In this document: positions 13,901 to 25,257 of the stretch, in pieces
Position numbering within the stretch: the first letter of the stretch is position 1
Layout of the letters: every line of letters begins with the position of its first letter
Origin: Octopus vulgaris
Taxonomy: Eukaryota
Assembly (NCBI GenBank): GCA_951406725.2
Contig: OX597816.1
Coordinates: forward strand, 71,238,001 to 71,302,000
Direction of reading: 5' to 3'
DNA: 64,000 nt
Position numbers and translations under genes: made by a program
Notes under the pieces: generated by a model
What the model was told of the DNA's origin: nothing
Seen by the model: the letters and a program-made list of their open reading frames with translations, nothing else
Database searches by the model: none

Positions 13901-15172
13901 CTAGAAACAGAAAGAAATTTTGTAGTTTAACAGCTTGTACAAGGAAGGACAAGGTGATGGTGTTAAACAAGTTCCAATTAATTCTTCCAAAGAAGAACAG
14001 CTACAGCCCAACAGACAAGATTTCATATAATCTACGTCTACTTATTTCATGGACAAAGTATTAGGTCAACCTAGGACAACTGTAATAAAAGGTGTAGTGC
14101 AGTGAGAGTGAACTCAGAATCATGTAATTGTGAAGTTACACAGTATATAGGTGCAAGAGTGGTAAGTAGCTTACTTACCAGCCACAGGATTCTGGGTTCA
14201 GTCCCACTGCATGGTACCTTTTTATTTTATTTTTTCTATATGAAAAGAGGAATCTTTCCCAAAATATTATCAGATTATTATAAAACCAGGAGTGGCTGTG
14301 TGATAAGTAGCTTGCTTATGAACCACATGGTTCCGGGTTCAGTCCCACTGCATGGCACCTTGGGCAAGTGTCTTCTACTATAGCCTCAGGCCGACCAAAG
14401 CCTTGTGAGTGGATTTGGGTCCCCGTAACTTAGCGGTTTGTCAAAAGTGACCGATAGAATAAGTACGAGGTTTACAAAGAATAAGTCCTGGGGTCGATTT
14501 GCTCGACTAAAGGCAGTGCTCCAGCATGGTCACAGTCAAATGACTGAAACAAGTAAAAGAGTAAAAGCATGTATCCATGATGAAAAAGACATCATTTCTA
14601 CAGTGTACATAGCCCCACCACTTCCTTCTAAAATTCATCTATAGGCTGATTGAGTTGTGTTTAAGAGAGGATTTGCAACTTTTCAGAAGGTGGTGGTGAG
14701 ACCAAGTTTTGAACAGAAACCACAGATGATGGTTTAGAGGAGAAAGAAGTGATTCACAGATGGCGAGTTGCTTTTGTTTTTAGATTTTGACATATTTCTT
14801 GAGTGTGGATGCTCACCTGGATAGGATAGAGGCCAGTCAGCTATGTGTGTACAGTAGAGACCAACCAGCAATGTGGACAAGATAACTGGTAACCAGCTAT
14901 GTGTATGGCATTGTGGTCAACTAGCCAAATAGATAAAGTAAAAAGACCCTGTAGACTGTCAAGAACGACTTCCTACTACAAACAGCAGCGATTCTGTTGA
15001 TAGGTCAAGTCCCCATAGTGGAAACACTGTCCAGGCATAGCTTTAACTTTCATCCTCAAAACAATGAAAACCAGGCATAACAATAACAGTGTGCATCACT
15101 CTACATCTGTCTGTAAATGGGTGTGATAATTCATTACAACACTGGAAGCAAAATGTACACAATATTTTATAC

Positions 15173-15253
15173 CTTTCAAACATTTCTGGGGCTGGCCCTG
15201 GACGATTTCTCTGAGATGTTCCAGAATCATTCTGCCAAGACCAAGAATTCCCA
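15173..15253 (-). CDS. NKAP: NKAP coding exon 2: GNSWSWQNDSGTSQRNRPGPAPEMFER
   Basis: tttacag acceptor and gtataa donor; 81 nt, symmetric phase 2, open frame. Confidence 0.8.
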
Positions 15254-16422
15254 CTGTAAACAATAAAAGAAAGAGAAAAAAAATTTATGTTTATCTGTTT
15301 AATATAATACTTCATTGCCAACAGTAATAGTAATCATTAATAGTGATCTTGAAAATTAATTTCAACATGTTATGGGGTAAATGTATGAATAGTTTGAAGT
15401 GGATTTTCTACAGTTAGACGCCTGTCCTGTCAACAATCCTTACTTGCTTCCGAGCAAGATAATGTTTACCCCTGGCTGGATATGCTTTCATAGAAAATTG
15501 GAAATGAAGGTCACAGCTTGTATGTTGGTAATGCTTGTTTGCAACTATCACATGATGTCAAAGCAAAGAGACACAAACATATACACACATACGTGTGTGT
15601 GTGAGTGTGTATGTGTGTATTGGCTCAGGCATGACTATAGACACAAGAATGGCTGAGGCTCAATCCCATTGTGTGGCACCTTTGGCAAGTGTTGTCTACT
15701 ATACCTTGGAATTAACCAAAGTCTTGTGAGTGGATGTTTGGTAGACAGAAACTAAAAGGTGGCGAGCTGGCAGAAACGTTAGCACACCAGGCAAAATGCT
15801 TAGCGGTATTTCATCTGCTGTAACGTTCTGAGTTCAAATTCCGCCAAGGTCGACTTTGCTTTTCATTCTTTCGGGGTCGATAAATTAAGCACCAGCTACG
15901 CGCTGGGGTTGATATAATCGACTTAATCCCTTTGTCTGTCCCCTCTATGTTTAGCCTCTTGTGGGCAATAAAGAAATGAAAAAACTAAAAGAAGTTTGTC
16001 ATGTACATTTGTATGTATTCATGTGTGTGTGTGTATGGATGCAATTATGTATACATGTGTCGTGTGTGTCTGTATATCTGGTGAAGTAGATGTAGTGACA
16101 CCATTGTCATTTTCCTCGTCAACCACCCACTGGCCTTGTACCTTTGAAGAAATGTAGGATAAGAAATCTGAGCAACCAACTGTAAAACAATGCTTCTTTA
16201 ATATATTCATCTAACCCATACTGGTATGGAAAAAATACAAATGTAAAAAAAAAAAGACGCATCACCATTATTTATTCTAGCATTAGCATAAATAGTAAAA
16301 TACAAGTTTAATCAAACAAATGACAAAAATATAATTATGAGCAAGATTAAATAACAAAGGACTGCAATGAAAGCAAAACACTCATCTAGCATAGAAAATG
16401 AATGGAGGAGACTGCTGCTGAT

Positions 16423-16798
16423 TTGTTTGTTTGTTTGTTGAGCGAAGTGGTCTTTGTCCCAGTGGGAGAAGTCTGAAACGTGATCCTTTGCTATTCGTAA
16501 TACCCGCAGAAGAGAAAGCAAGTCAACCCCCGACACCGAGAGCATCAACAGATGGATGAATGCGCATCCAGGCTCAGCGGTTGCGTAGGAAGTCGGGGAC
16601 AAGAAACAGGAAGAAAGAGTGAGAGAAAGTTGGAGCAAAAGAGTACAACAGGGGTCATCACCATCCCCTGCCGGAGCCTCGTGGAGCTTTAGGTGTTTTC
16701 GCTCAATAAACACACACAACGCCCAGTCTGGGAATCGAAACCGCGATCCTCTGACCGCGAGTCCGCTGCCCAAACCATTGGGCCATCGCGCCTCCACT
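16423..16798 (-). mobile_element. tRNA-derived SINE family C, young copy
   Basis: Perfect 14-bp TSD agactgctgctgat (16409-16422 and 16799-16812); A box tggcccaatgg, B box ggtttcgattcc; (AAAC)n tail. Confidence 0.88.
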
Positions 16799-16986
16799 AG
16801 ACTGCTGCTGATGATGATGATGAGGCATCCAAGCATCGTATACGATATCCATAGCCAAATTTTTTCAGCCATCGGAGTAACTTGGGACTTGATTGATTGA
16901 TTGATTGATTGATTGATTCTAGTTTCAGCTTATGAGCTGTGGCCATGCTGGGGCACCGCCATTTGGTGTTGCTACTTGGTTTCACT

Positions 16987-19900
16987 TCATGGAGGCTTTC
17001 TAGCAACTGCTATTTGGTGCATGAGAGAGTTCGATGCAGCTGCCCTCATCTGCCCCTCCTGCCGTGAAGTTGGTTCATCTGGGACACCTGACAGGAAGAG
17101 ATCCAGCTTCATTTTAAAGACATCTGTATCCACCCCATGCAGGTCTCTCAGGTTCTTCGGGAGGATATTGAAGAGCTGTGGGCCTCGGAAGCCCAGGCTA
17201 TCACAGAATCTTGTCCTACATCTTGATGGCAGGTTTGGAGTCCTAGGCACCACGCAGTGGCGCCCAGTTCTGGCATTTGCGTAACTCTCGATGCCAAAGT
17301 TCAGGACACTTCCCTCCAGGATCTTCCAGATGTATATTATGGCATATCTTTCCCGCCTACGCTCCAGAGAATATAATTTTAATCTCTTGAGTCTTTCCCA
17401 GTAGCTTACATTCTGCATAGAGGCTATCTTCTTTGTGTAGCTTCGTTGGATCGCCTCAAGTTCTGTGATCAACTTGACACTGGATGGTGACCATAGCTGA
17501 GAGCAATAGTCAAAGTGGCTTAGGACAAGTGTCTTCCAGAGGACCATCATGGTTTTTTGTTCTCTTGTTCTAAAGGTTCTAAGAATCCATCCAGCCAGCC
17601 GTCTACATTTCATTGTCAGTTTAGCAACATGTACATGAAAGGTCGCGTCATCACTCATGTGAATACCCAGGTCACGCACTGATTGTGCCTCTGGGATTGC
17701 AATCCCTCCGGGTCCAGTGTATTCATTGGGTATTGCATTCAGTTTTGCATGCTGATAGTATAAAGCTTGAAACTTTCCAGCATTGAACTGCATGCTATTC
17801 TTTTCAGCCCACTTGTATATTTCGTCCAGCTCACATTGCAGGTGTTTAGTGTCCTCAGGGTTCTGTATTGCCTGTGAAACTTTTGTATCATCTGCATAAC
17901 TTGTGATCGTGGCTCTCTGCGTGGCTGAGGGCATGTCTGAGAGGGCCATTATGAACAGTAGTGGTCCCAGAACAGTGCCCTGTGGAACACCGCTCACTAT
18001 TTGTGTGTTAATGGAGGTGGCCCCATTGGCTACTACCACCTGACTTCTATCCTTCAGAAAGTCATGAAGCCATTCTCCCAGTTTTCCAACTATGTTGAGA
18101 TCACGCAGTTTGTGACATATCATTCCATGATCGACTTTATCAAAGGCCTTTGCAAAGTCGAGATATATCACTTCCACATTTGAGTGGTTGAGCAGCCGTT
18201 TCAGCACCCAGTCATAGTGTTGTAGGAGCTGAGTTAAACAGCTTCTCCCTGGTCGGAAACCATGTTGGGTGTCGGGCAGCAAGTCATTCTCTTCAAGGAA
18301 GATGATCAGCTTCCTTCTGACTATTCGTTCCATGACCTTGCTGATGTGTGAGGTCAGAGAGATAGGTCTATAGTTCTTGGCTTCCGCTCTGCTACCTCCT
18401 TTATGAATGGGGCATATTTTACCTTCCTTCAGTTTTCCTGGAAGTTTGCCAGCTGCAAGGAAGCTCTGAAAGAGGAACTGCAGTGGTCTTGCTAGGACTC
18501 TCTTACATGCTTTTAGGAGGATTGCCGGGAATCCATCGGGGCCAGTAGCTGAGTCTGTTTTCATTTCATCTATAGCCTTCGTTACATCGTCTTCCTTTAT
18601 ATCGATGTAATCTATCGTCGCCGCCTCTGATTTTATATCTGCAGTGGTAAAAAAGTCAGTTGGATTGGTGATTTGGAGATGCCCAAGGGGTGGAGTGAAA
18701 ACACTCTTGAATTGCTCATTCAGTATTTCACTTACCCTCATTGGTTTTCCTGTAAGTGTGCCATCCTTTTCGAGGAGTGGCCCTATTCTACAGTGCACTG
18801 TAGCTGTTTCTTTGGCATACCTGTAGAAAGCTCTGGGGTTAGATTTTATGTTTTCTATAGCCCAGGCTTCTTTGTCTGCTCTTTCTTTTTCATGGGAGAG
18901 TTGCAGACATTTTTCGATTTCCAACAGTTTTATTTTTAGGCGGGACTTTTCACTGCTTTCAATCTGTTTGTTTAGGCGATTTGAAAATTTCGTACGCCGT
19001 CTCATTAAAATTTTCCTCTCTCTGGGGATTTTGTTCTTGTGTACAGTGGCCTTTCTCTCTGGGACACATTTGTAGCATATGGCTTGCATTACAGACATGA
19101 ATTGTTGAAGTTTCACATCGATGTCTGGCGAGGAGAGACATTTAGGCCAGTTTTGTTTGAGGATCTCTTTCTCAATTTGTTTCCAGTTTGCCTTATGGTA
19201 GTTCAAGCTGGAAAGATTTTGAGGGTTTCTTGTAGGCTGCATGTCCGTGCTCTCTTTTGGCCCGTACATGGTCAGCTCTATCATGTTGTGATCCGAGAGT
19301 AGTGTCGGTGTCACTTTCACATTATGGATGAGATCCATGTCATTTGTGAAGCAGAGATCCAGTGTGTTACCTGCCCTGGTTGGTTGGAGTATTACCTGCT
19401 CCATGTACAGGGTGTTGATGAGGTTCAGGAGGGACCTCGCCTGTCCTCGTTCATATCTTGTCATTCCTGGGAGAGAAAGGCCCTCGGGCCATCTGACATT
19501 TGGCAGATTGAAGTCTCCCATAAGAAGCACACCTATGTGTTGTTCTAATGTGGTTAGAATTTCTTCTATTTTTATAAGGCAGTCTTCAAACTTGCCCACA
19601 TGGCTTGGGGCATCTGGAGGGCGATATGTAGCACACACAACTACATCAAGTTGCCTAATATGTACAATTAGTGTGTCACACACCGAGTTTGAGTATGACA
19701 AGAGGACCTGGGGTGTGAGGTCCTCACGGATGTACATAGCAACACCTCCATGACTCCTTTCTTTCCTGTCGGTCCGTAGTACAGCATACTGTGGTATGTG
19801 TAACTCCGCATCTGCTATGTCCGGTTTCAGGTGCGTTTCTGTAAGTGCTATGCATAAGGCTTGATTGCATGCAACAAAGCCTCTCAGGAACGGGATCTTT

Positions 19901-20091
19901 GTCCTGTTACTGAGTGTTTGCAGTCCTCTGATGTTCAGTAGGAGTATCGAGGTGAGGTGTACGTTGTTGCCGGCGGTGTCCATCCTGTGTCTGTTTGCTG
20001 TGGTGGTCTGGTATATAGTGGGTAGTCCCACCTGCGGGCTTGGGTTTGATGAAGCCAGGTCAGCTGCTGTACAATCTTTTGTGCCATGCAC
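16987..20091 (-). CDS. LINE ORF2: apurinic-like endonuclease + reverse transcriptase (1034 aa)
   Basis: APE motifs LLNIRGL, LTETHL, YRPP, GDFN, TLDLCFT, SDH; RT motifs NYRPISLT, QHGFR, YLDFAKAFDKVDH, GVPQGTVLGPLLF, YADD; CR1-type C-terminus LYSLERRR...FKMKLDLFL. No stops or frameshifts. Confidence 0.96.
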   Translation of the reverse strand: MHGTKDCTAADLASSNPSPQVGLPTIYQTTTANRHRMDTAGNNVHLTSILLLNIRGLQTLSNRTKIPFLRGFVACNQALCIALTETHLKPDIADAELHIPQYAVLRTDRKERSHGGVAMYIREDLTPQVLLSYSNSVCDTLIVHIRQLDVVVCATYRPPDAPSHVGKFEDCLIKIEEILTTLEQHIGVLLMGDFNLPNVRWPEGLSLPGMTRYERGQARSLLNLINTLYMEQVILQPTRAGNTLDLCFTNDMDLIHNVKVTPTLLSDHNMIELTMYGPKESTDMQPTRNPQNLSSLNYHKANWKQIEKEILKQNWPKCLSSPDIDVKLQQFMSVMQAICYKCVPERKATVHKNKIPRERKILMRRRTKFSNRLNKQIESSEKSRLKIKLLEIEKCLQLSHEKERADKEAWAIENIKSNPRAFYRYAKETATVHCRIGPLLEKDGTLTGKPMRVSEILNEQFKSVFTPPLGHLQITNPTDFFTTADIKSEAATIDYIDIKEDDVTKAIDEMKTDSATGPDGFPAILLKACKRVLARPLQFLFQSFLAAGKLPGKLKEGKICPIHKGGSRAEAKNYRPISLTSHISKVMERIVRRKLIIFLEENDLLPDTQHGFRPGRSCLTQLLQHYDWVLKRLLNHSNVEVIYLDFAKAFDKVDHGMICHKLRDLNIVGKLGEWLHDFLKDRSQVVVANGATSINTQIVSGVPQGTVLGPLLFIMALSDMPSATQRATITSYADDTKVSQAIQNPEDTKHLQCELDEIYKWAEKNSMQFNAGKFQALYYQHAKLNAIPNEYTGPGGIAIPEAQSVRDLGIHMSDDATFHVHVAKLTMKCRRLAGWILRTFRTREQKTMMVLWKTLVLSHFDYCSQLWSPSSVKLITELEAIQRSYTKKIASMQNVSYWERLKRLKLYSLERRRERYAIIYIWKILEGSVLNFGIESYANARTGRHCVVPRTPNLPSRCRTRFCDSLGFRGPQLFNILPKNLRDLHGVDTDVFKMKLDLFLSGVPDEPTSRQEGQMRAAASNSLMHQIAVARKPP

Positions 20092-20169
20092 AAAAAAGAT
20101 TGTTGCTCAGCAGCTGCTCTTTCGACAACATCATGTTGGCTGTTTGTGGCGTGCACAACATCTGCGTAC
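19935..20169 (-). other. Probable C-terminal remnant of LINE ORF1 (YADVVHATNSQHDVV...FLCMAQKIVQQL...SY*)
   Basis: ORF 19935..20210 overlaps the ORF2 start in another frame; YADVV and Q-rich tail resemble CR1-type ORF1 ends. Confidence 0.55.
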
Positions 20170-20311
20170 CTATGAAAGGAAAGCTTTACTTTACTCAGAA
20201 TGTATGACACAGGGGCTAACTAAAAGTCTGAAAACAAGCTTGGACATTTAGGACAAATCCCCTACAAATGCTTTGGACAAGCAACGGTTTAAAAGGAACA
20301 TTTAACATTAC

Positions 20312-21252
20312 CTTGTACGTGGTGATGATGACCTGTGTGAAGAATTATCCGTATTCTTGCTAGAGTCCTGATGTTTTGAAGTAAAATTATTAGAACCTGA
20401 AGAACGGTCAGGAGGAATCTTAAATGTCCCTCTTTCCTCATTTTCAAATCTGTTATTTCTGAAATTGTTCTGGTTCCCTTTCCCATCATTATGTCGATCA
20501 GGACTTCTGGAATCTGATTTTTTGTAATCTTTTCTGTAACTGTCCCTTTCTCGGCGAGGAGATGCTGACCGAGAACTCTGCTTTCGGTTAAATGGTGACT
20601 TACTATTTCTTCTAGATTGAAAACTACGCTGCTGCTGCTGATGAGGCTGACGACGGGAGTTGGGAGATCTCGTTTGTTTTGAATCTGGGGAAGGTGAACG
20701 TGATCTTCTTCTGTATGGCGAGCGGGATCGTCTTCTGTAAGATAAATTATTCCTGTGAAAAGACTGTTGGCTTGGAGGTGATCGCCTCCTTTGCGAAGTG
20801 TGAAATGTTGACGTCCTTCTTCTATCAGGGGACCTCGACGGTGACCATCGTTTTGAAGGAGATGTCCTTTTCTTGAAAGGTGAACGAGACCTGTTTCTAT
20901 GAGACGAGTAAGATCGATGTGAATCTCGGTCTTCAGGAGACCTCTTTCGATTAACCGTTAGTTGCTGCTTTCCATAATCAGGAGAGAATTTTTTATCAGC
21001 ATGACGCCCCTTTCCAGATGATGAAGATCGAGAACGGGATCTAGAAAAATGTCCATTACTTTTCAGAGATTTGGAGTTCAAGTCAGACCCTCTTGATGAT
21101 GGGCTTGAATTAGATGAATAACTGGATTCAGAACTAGAGTCAGAGCTAGAATTCTGGTGCTGATTATTGTTCCTGACTTCTGGGTTGTGTTTCCTTTTCG
21201 TTAATGTCTGAGATTCTCCATCTGAACTGGAGCATGAAGAACTTCTAGCCAT
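20312..21252 (-). CDS. NKAP: NKAP coding exon 1, long Arg/Ser-rich N-terminus (MARSSSCSSSDGES...SSSPRT)
   Basis: ORF 20308..21276; first in-frame ATG at 21252; acceptor ttttcag at 21302-21308; donor AG|gtaatg at 20312/20311; total spliced CDS 1806 nt = 601 aa. Confidence 0.88.
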
Positions 21253-24214
21253 TATGGAACTAAGAATATTTTCCAAATGGAATTACATATTCTTTTAGTG
21301 TCTGAAAAGATATAGAAAAGCATGTAGTAATAAAGGTGGGATAATGGCCAAAATTATATAAACAATGTTTGAAAATATACTGAAAAGCTTTGAAATGAAG
21401 TAATATTTTTTTAGTTATTTGATCAGTCTACACAGACATGGTTGCATGGTTAAGATGCTTTCTTTACAACTATGTGGTTTCAAGATCAATCCCGCTGCAT
21501 AGCACCTTGGGCATGTATCTTCTACATTAGCTGAGGACTGACCAATGCATTGTGAGTGGATTTGGTAGATGGAAAATGAGTGGAAGCCCATATGTGTGTG
21601 CGTGTGTCATTTGTCAGTCCTGCCACTCGAAAACCTGTGCTGATTTGTTTACATCCCCATAAATTAGTGGTTCAGCAAAAGAGGCTGATAGATTAAAGTA
21701 CCAGACTTAAAAAGAAGTCCTGGGATCAATTTGTTCAACTAAAACCCTTCAAGCTGGTGCCTGAAATAAAGAAAACATGAAATAAGAAAATACATCATCA
21801 TCGTTTAATGTCTGCTTTCCATGGGTTGGACGATTTTGAGTGAGGGCTGGCGAACCAGATGGCTGCACCAGGCTCCAATCTTGATCTGACAGAGTTTCTA
21901 CAGCTGGATGCCTTTCCTAGGAAAATACAGTCATGAATAAAATCACGAATGATAAGTGATTGCTCATACAAGTCAAGTAATCCTATATGCACTAGCTCAA
22001 CCCACTAGAAATAGTAACCAACAACTCCTCAATTCACAAAATGCAATCTTAAAAAAAAAGAAAGGGCATATTTCCCAACAAAGACAGAATGGTCAAGGTT
22101 GGGATGATCATAGGTCTGTTCGATCAGGGTTGATCTAAGGATGACCAACCATCTACAATAGGACCAATTTGGAATCCCAAGTTAGTTGTTGACCACAGGA
22201 AAGGGGCTAAATGGTCACCTTATTTGTATTGAAAACTGAGGTGAAAAATAAGTGTTTTTATGTGGTCACACAACCCGCAAGAAGTAGCAACTAAATCTCT
22301 CTCTCAGATCACTCTTATCTCATTCTTGACTATACTTCTAATGAATAAACTGCCAATGTGTTCTTATTAATTTTCAATATAATGAAGGGTTTAATAAAAT
22401 ATCTCTAACCTTGTATATATTAGATCATCATCATCGCTTTCCATGCTAGCATGGGTTGGACGATTTCGACTGAGGGCTGGCGAACCAGAGGGCTACACCA
22501 GGCCCCAATCTTGATTTGGCAGGGTTTCTACAGCTGGATGCCCTTCCTAATGCCAACCACTCCGAGAGTGTAGTGGGTGCTTTTTATGTGCCACCAGCAC
22601 TGGGACCGGTTAGGCGGTACTGGTAATGACCTCGCTCGAATCTTTTTACACATGCCACTGGCACAGGTGCCAGTAAGGCAATGCTGGTAACGATCACGCT
22701 CGAATAGTGCCCTTTTACGTGCCACCGGCATGGAAGCCAGTTGGCTGCTCTGGCAACGATCACGCTCGGATAGTGCTCTTGGCACCCTACTAGCACGGGT
22801 AAGTGCTATGTTATACTGACTGACTGAAATATGTTACAATACTGGCACTTCGCTGGTTATGATGACAAGGGTTCCAGTTGATCTGATCAACAGAACAGCC
22901 TGCTTGTGAAATTAATGTGCAAGTGGCTGAGCATTTCACAAACATGTGTACCGTTAACATAGTTCTCAGGGAGATTCAGCATGACAAAGAGTGTGACAAG
23001 GGTGGATTTTTGAAATACAGGTACAACTCATTTTTGCCAGCTGAAGGGACTGGAGCAATGTGAAATAAAGGGTCTTGCTCAAGCACACAACCCGTTGCCA
23101 TGAATTGAACTTACGATCTTATGATTGTTAGGTGAATACCCTAACCGCCAAGGCACATGCCTTCACTTGTCACAATAACATTCATGTTAAAGTGAAATTT
23201 TGATCAAGATTCTAATTTATATAAACTCTTTCAAACAGGCAGGTTGTTATTAATTTTTTTTTAATGTCAAGTCACTATGAAGAATGTAGTCTTAGATATA
23301 AATAAAATAGGATGGTTATAACTGGAATGCAGATGATCATAGGTCTGTCTGCTCAATCAGTGTTGACCTGGGTTAAACAACAATATAGTAGTCAGCAGAC
23401 ACATTGCTCAAAGGTATTCCCTAAAATCTATTCAACAATTATTTCCTCCAAAACCTCTTCCACCTTCGGTTTTTCATAGACTGAAGTCAATTAGAAGTTA
23501 ATATCTCCAACAGCTAATGCATGCGTATTAATTATAATAAAATAATAGTAAGATATTTTGGTGGAAGAGTCACATCATGGCAATTCTTAACTTTTTGCCA
23601 CAGGGTAGGGTGTGAGTCAGATAATAACAATAGTCATCATCATCTTTTCACATCCATCTCTCATGCTGGCATGGATTGGGTGGTTTGACAAGATCTGATG
23701 GATCCAAGAATTGTATCACGCTCCAATGTCTGGTTTACATGGTTTTGATATATTTTTGGAGGTGCATGGGAAGTTAGGTTATATCAATGGTTATTTCTGA
23801 AGGGCTGAGTCAGATCATAGAAATAGTCAAAAAAGGGGAGCTAGCCAACTATAGCTGTAGTCATTGTGAGATGGGTCATCAGGTCATGGTAATAAAGCGA
23901 AACATTTGGAGTGGACCTAGTAAGGTCAGAACAATAGTTGTTGGTGGGGGTGGTAAAGGTGGTCAGTTCATAGTAATATCCATTTGGAGAGGTGAGAGAG
24001 TCCAGTCACAAGCAATGTCTTTTGGGGTAGTACAGTCATAGCAATGTTATTTTTGGACGGCAAACTTAGAAATGAGGGAAAAAAGTTTATTGATTTTAAT
24101 TTAGCCCTTATACCATTTCCCTAATGTCAGGCCAACTCTGATTGCAGTATGGAATGATCAAAGCTGTTCAAACTTATGATCAAGGTCTGTGTAACGGTAA
24201 TAACTGGCAATATA

Positions 24215-24421
24215 CGAGGGAATGCTGAAAAGTTCCTGGCTTTGAGCAAAAGAAAGTACAGGAGGGCTGTTAATTATGATTGTATCCAACGTATTCCCCT
24301 CTCAGATTCACACATTTATTGCAACAGTACTTCAGTTTTTCTAAGCCCTGTAAAAATAAAATTGGAAGGTTAGGCCTCCAACCCCGCCTTTTGCAACGAG
24401 GAACTTTTCAGCAGCCCCTTG
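24215..24421. mobile_element. Tc1/mariner MITE
   Basis: TIR cgaggg..tgctgaaaagttcct flanked by TA; opposite-orientation relative at about 49540-49740. Confidence 0.8.
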
Positions 24422-25028
24422 TATATCGTATCATCCTAAATAACATAATTGTGTGGCACTTTGAGCAAGTGTCTTCTACTATAGCCCTAGGCTGTGAATG
24501 GATTTAGTAGATGGAAACTGAAAGAAGCCCATCATTATGTCTCCTTGTCTTGATAATTGTATGAGTGCCACTGTCATACAGTGTCATTCATTTCCAATAT
24601 TCTGCGAAAACATGCCCGGCCATTGGGAAATATTACCTTGCTTGGAAACAGAGAGTCTGCTTCAATAAACTCCATCTGACCCATTCAAACATAGAAAAGT
24701 GGACATTATGATGATGATGATAACCAGGTTGGCATACAGAACTGTTTTTACTAAGTTTGTATCACTGGACTGCGTGGCCAATTCGAAGACACTTGCCCAA
24801 GGTGCCACGTCATGGGATCAAACCCGGAAGCAAGCGGTTGCGAAGCGAATTTCTTAACCGTACAACTATACCAACTTGTATTAAAATTCTTTAAGTGTTG
24901 AAGACAAAAGAAATTACTAGCTTTTTTTAATGGTGGAGTTTTAACGCAGTCATTTGATCTGCTAAAAAAATAAGAGCAAAATTTCCTTCAAATCGCACCC
25001 TAGTGTATTTTATAAAACGAGCAACGCG

Positions 25029-25257
25029 GTACTACTAGCGAACAGTGGTCCTGGTGCGCGCGTACGCGCAGTCGCGCAAGCTAGTCGTAAGTAGTCGATC
25101 CTACAACGACTGCCTAGTAAAGTAAATAAAACACAAAAACACAAAGTAAATAATTTTTTAAACAAAGTAAATAACACAAAAACACAAAGTAAGGATCGAT
25201 TAGTCATGACTAGCTAGCGCGAATACGCGTACCTGGACCACTGTTCTTAAGTAGTAC
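25029..25257. mobile_element. CpG-rich MITE-like fold-back element in the first NKAP intron
   Basis: Imperfect ~60-bp inverted arms (gaacagtggtcc.ggt / acc.ggaccactgttc; gatcct / aggatc) around an A-rich internal direct repeat. Confidence 0.7.

Larger units (their letters stand above)
16889..20170 (-). mobile_element. Young CR1/L2-group non-LTR retrotransposon, 5'-truncated in ORF1, sense orientation inside an NKAP intron
   Basis: Intact ORF2, short 3'UTR with stem-loop, (AATC)7 tail at 16891-16918, ORF1 C-terminal remnant overlapping ORF2. No convincing TSD; 5' boundary approximate. Confidence 0.92.

Noticed and set aside
16312-16872. 186-aa ORF with a signal-peptide-like start
   Set aside because: It reads through a SINE-C copy; the same peptide recurs at 47480-47668.
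21253-21276. ORF-track start MENILSSI for NKAP
   Set aside because: It uses a TTG start; the first in-frame ATG is at 21252.
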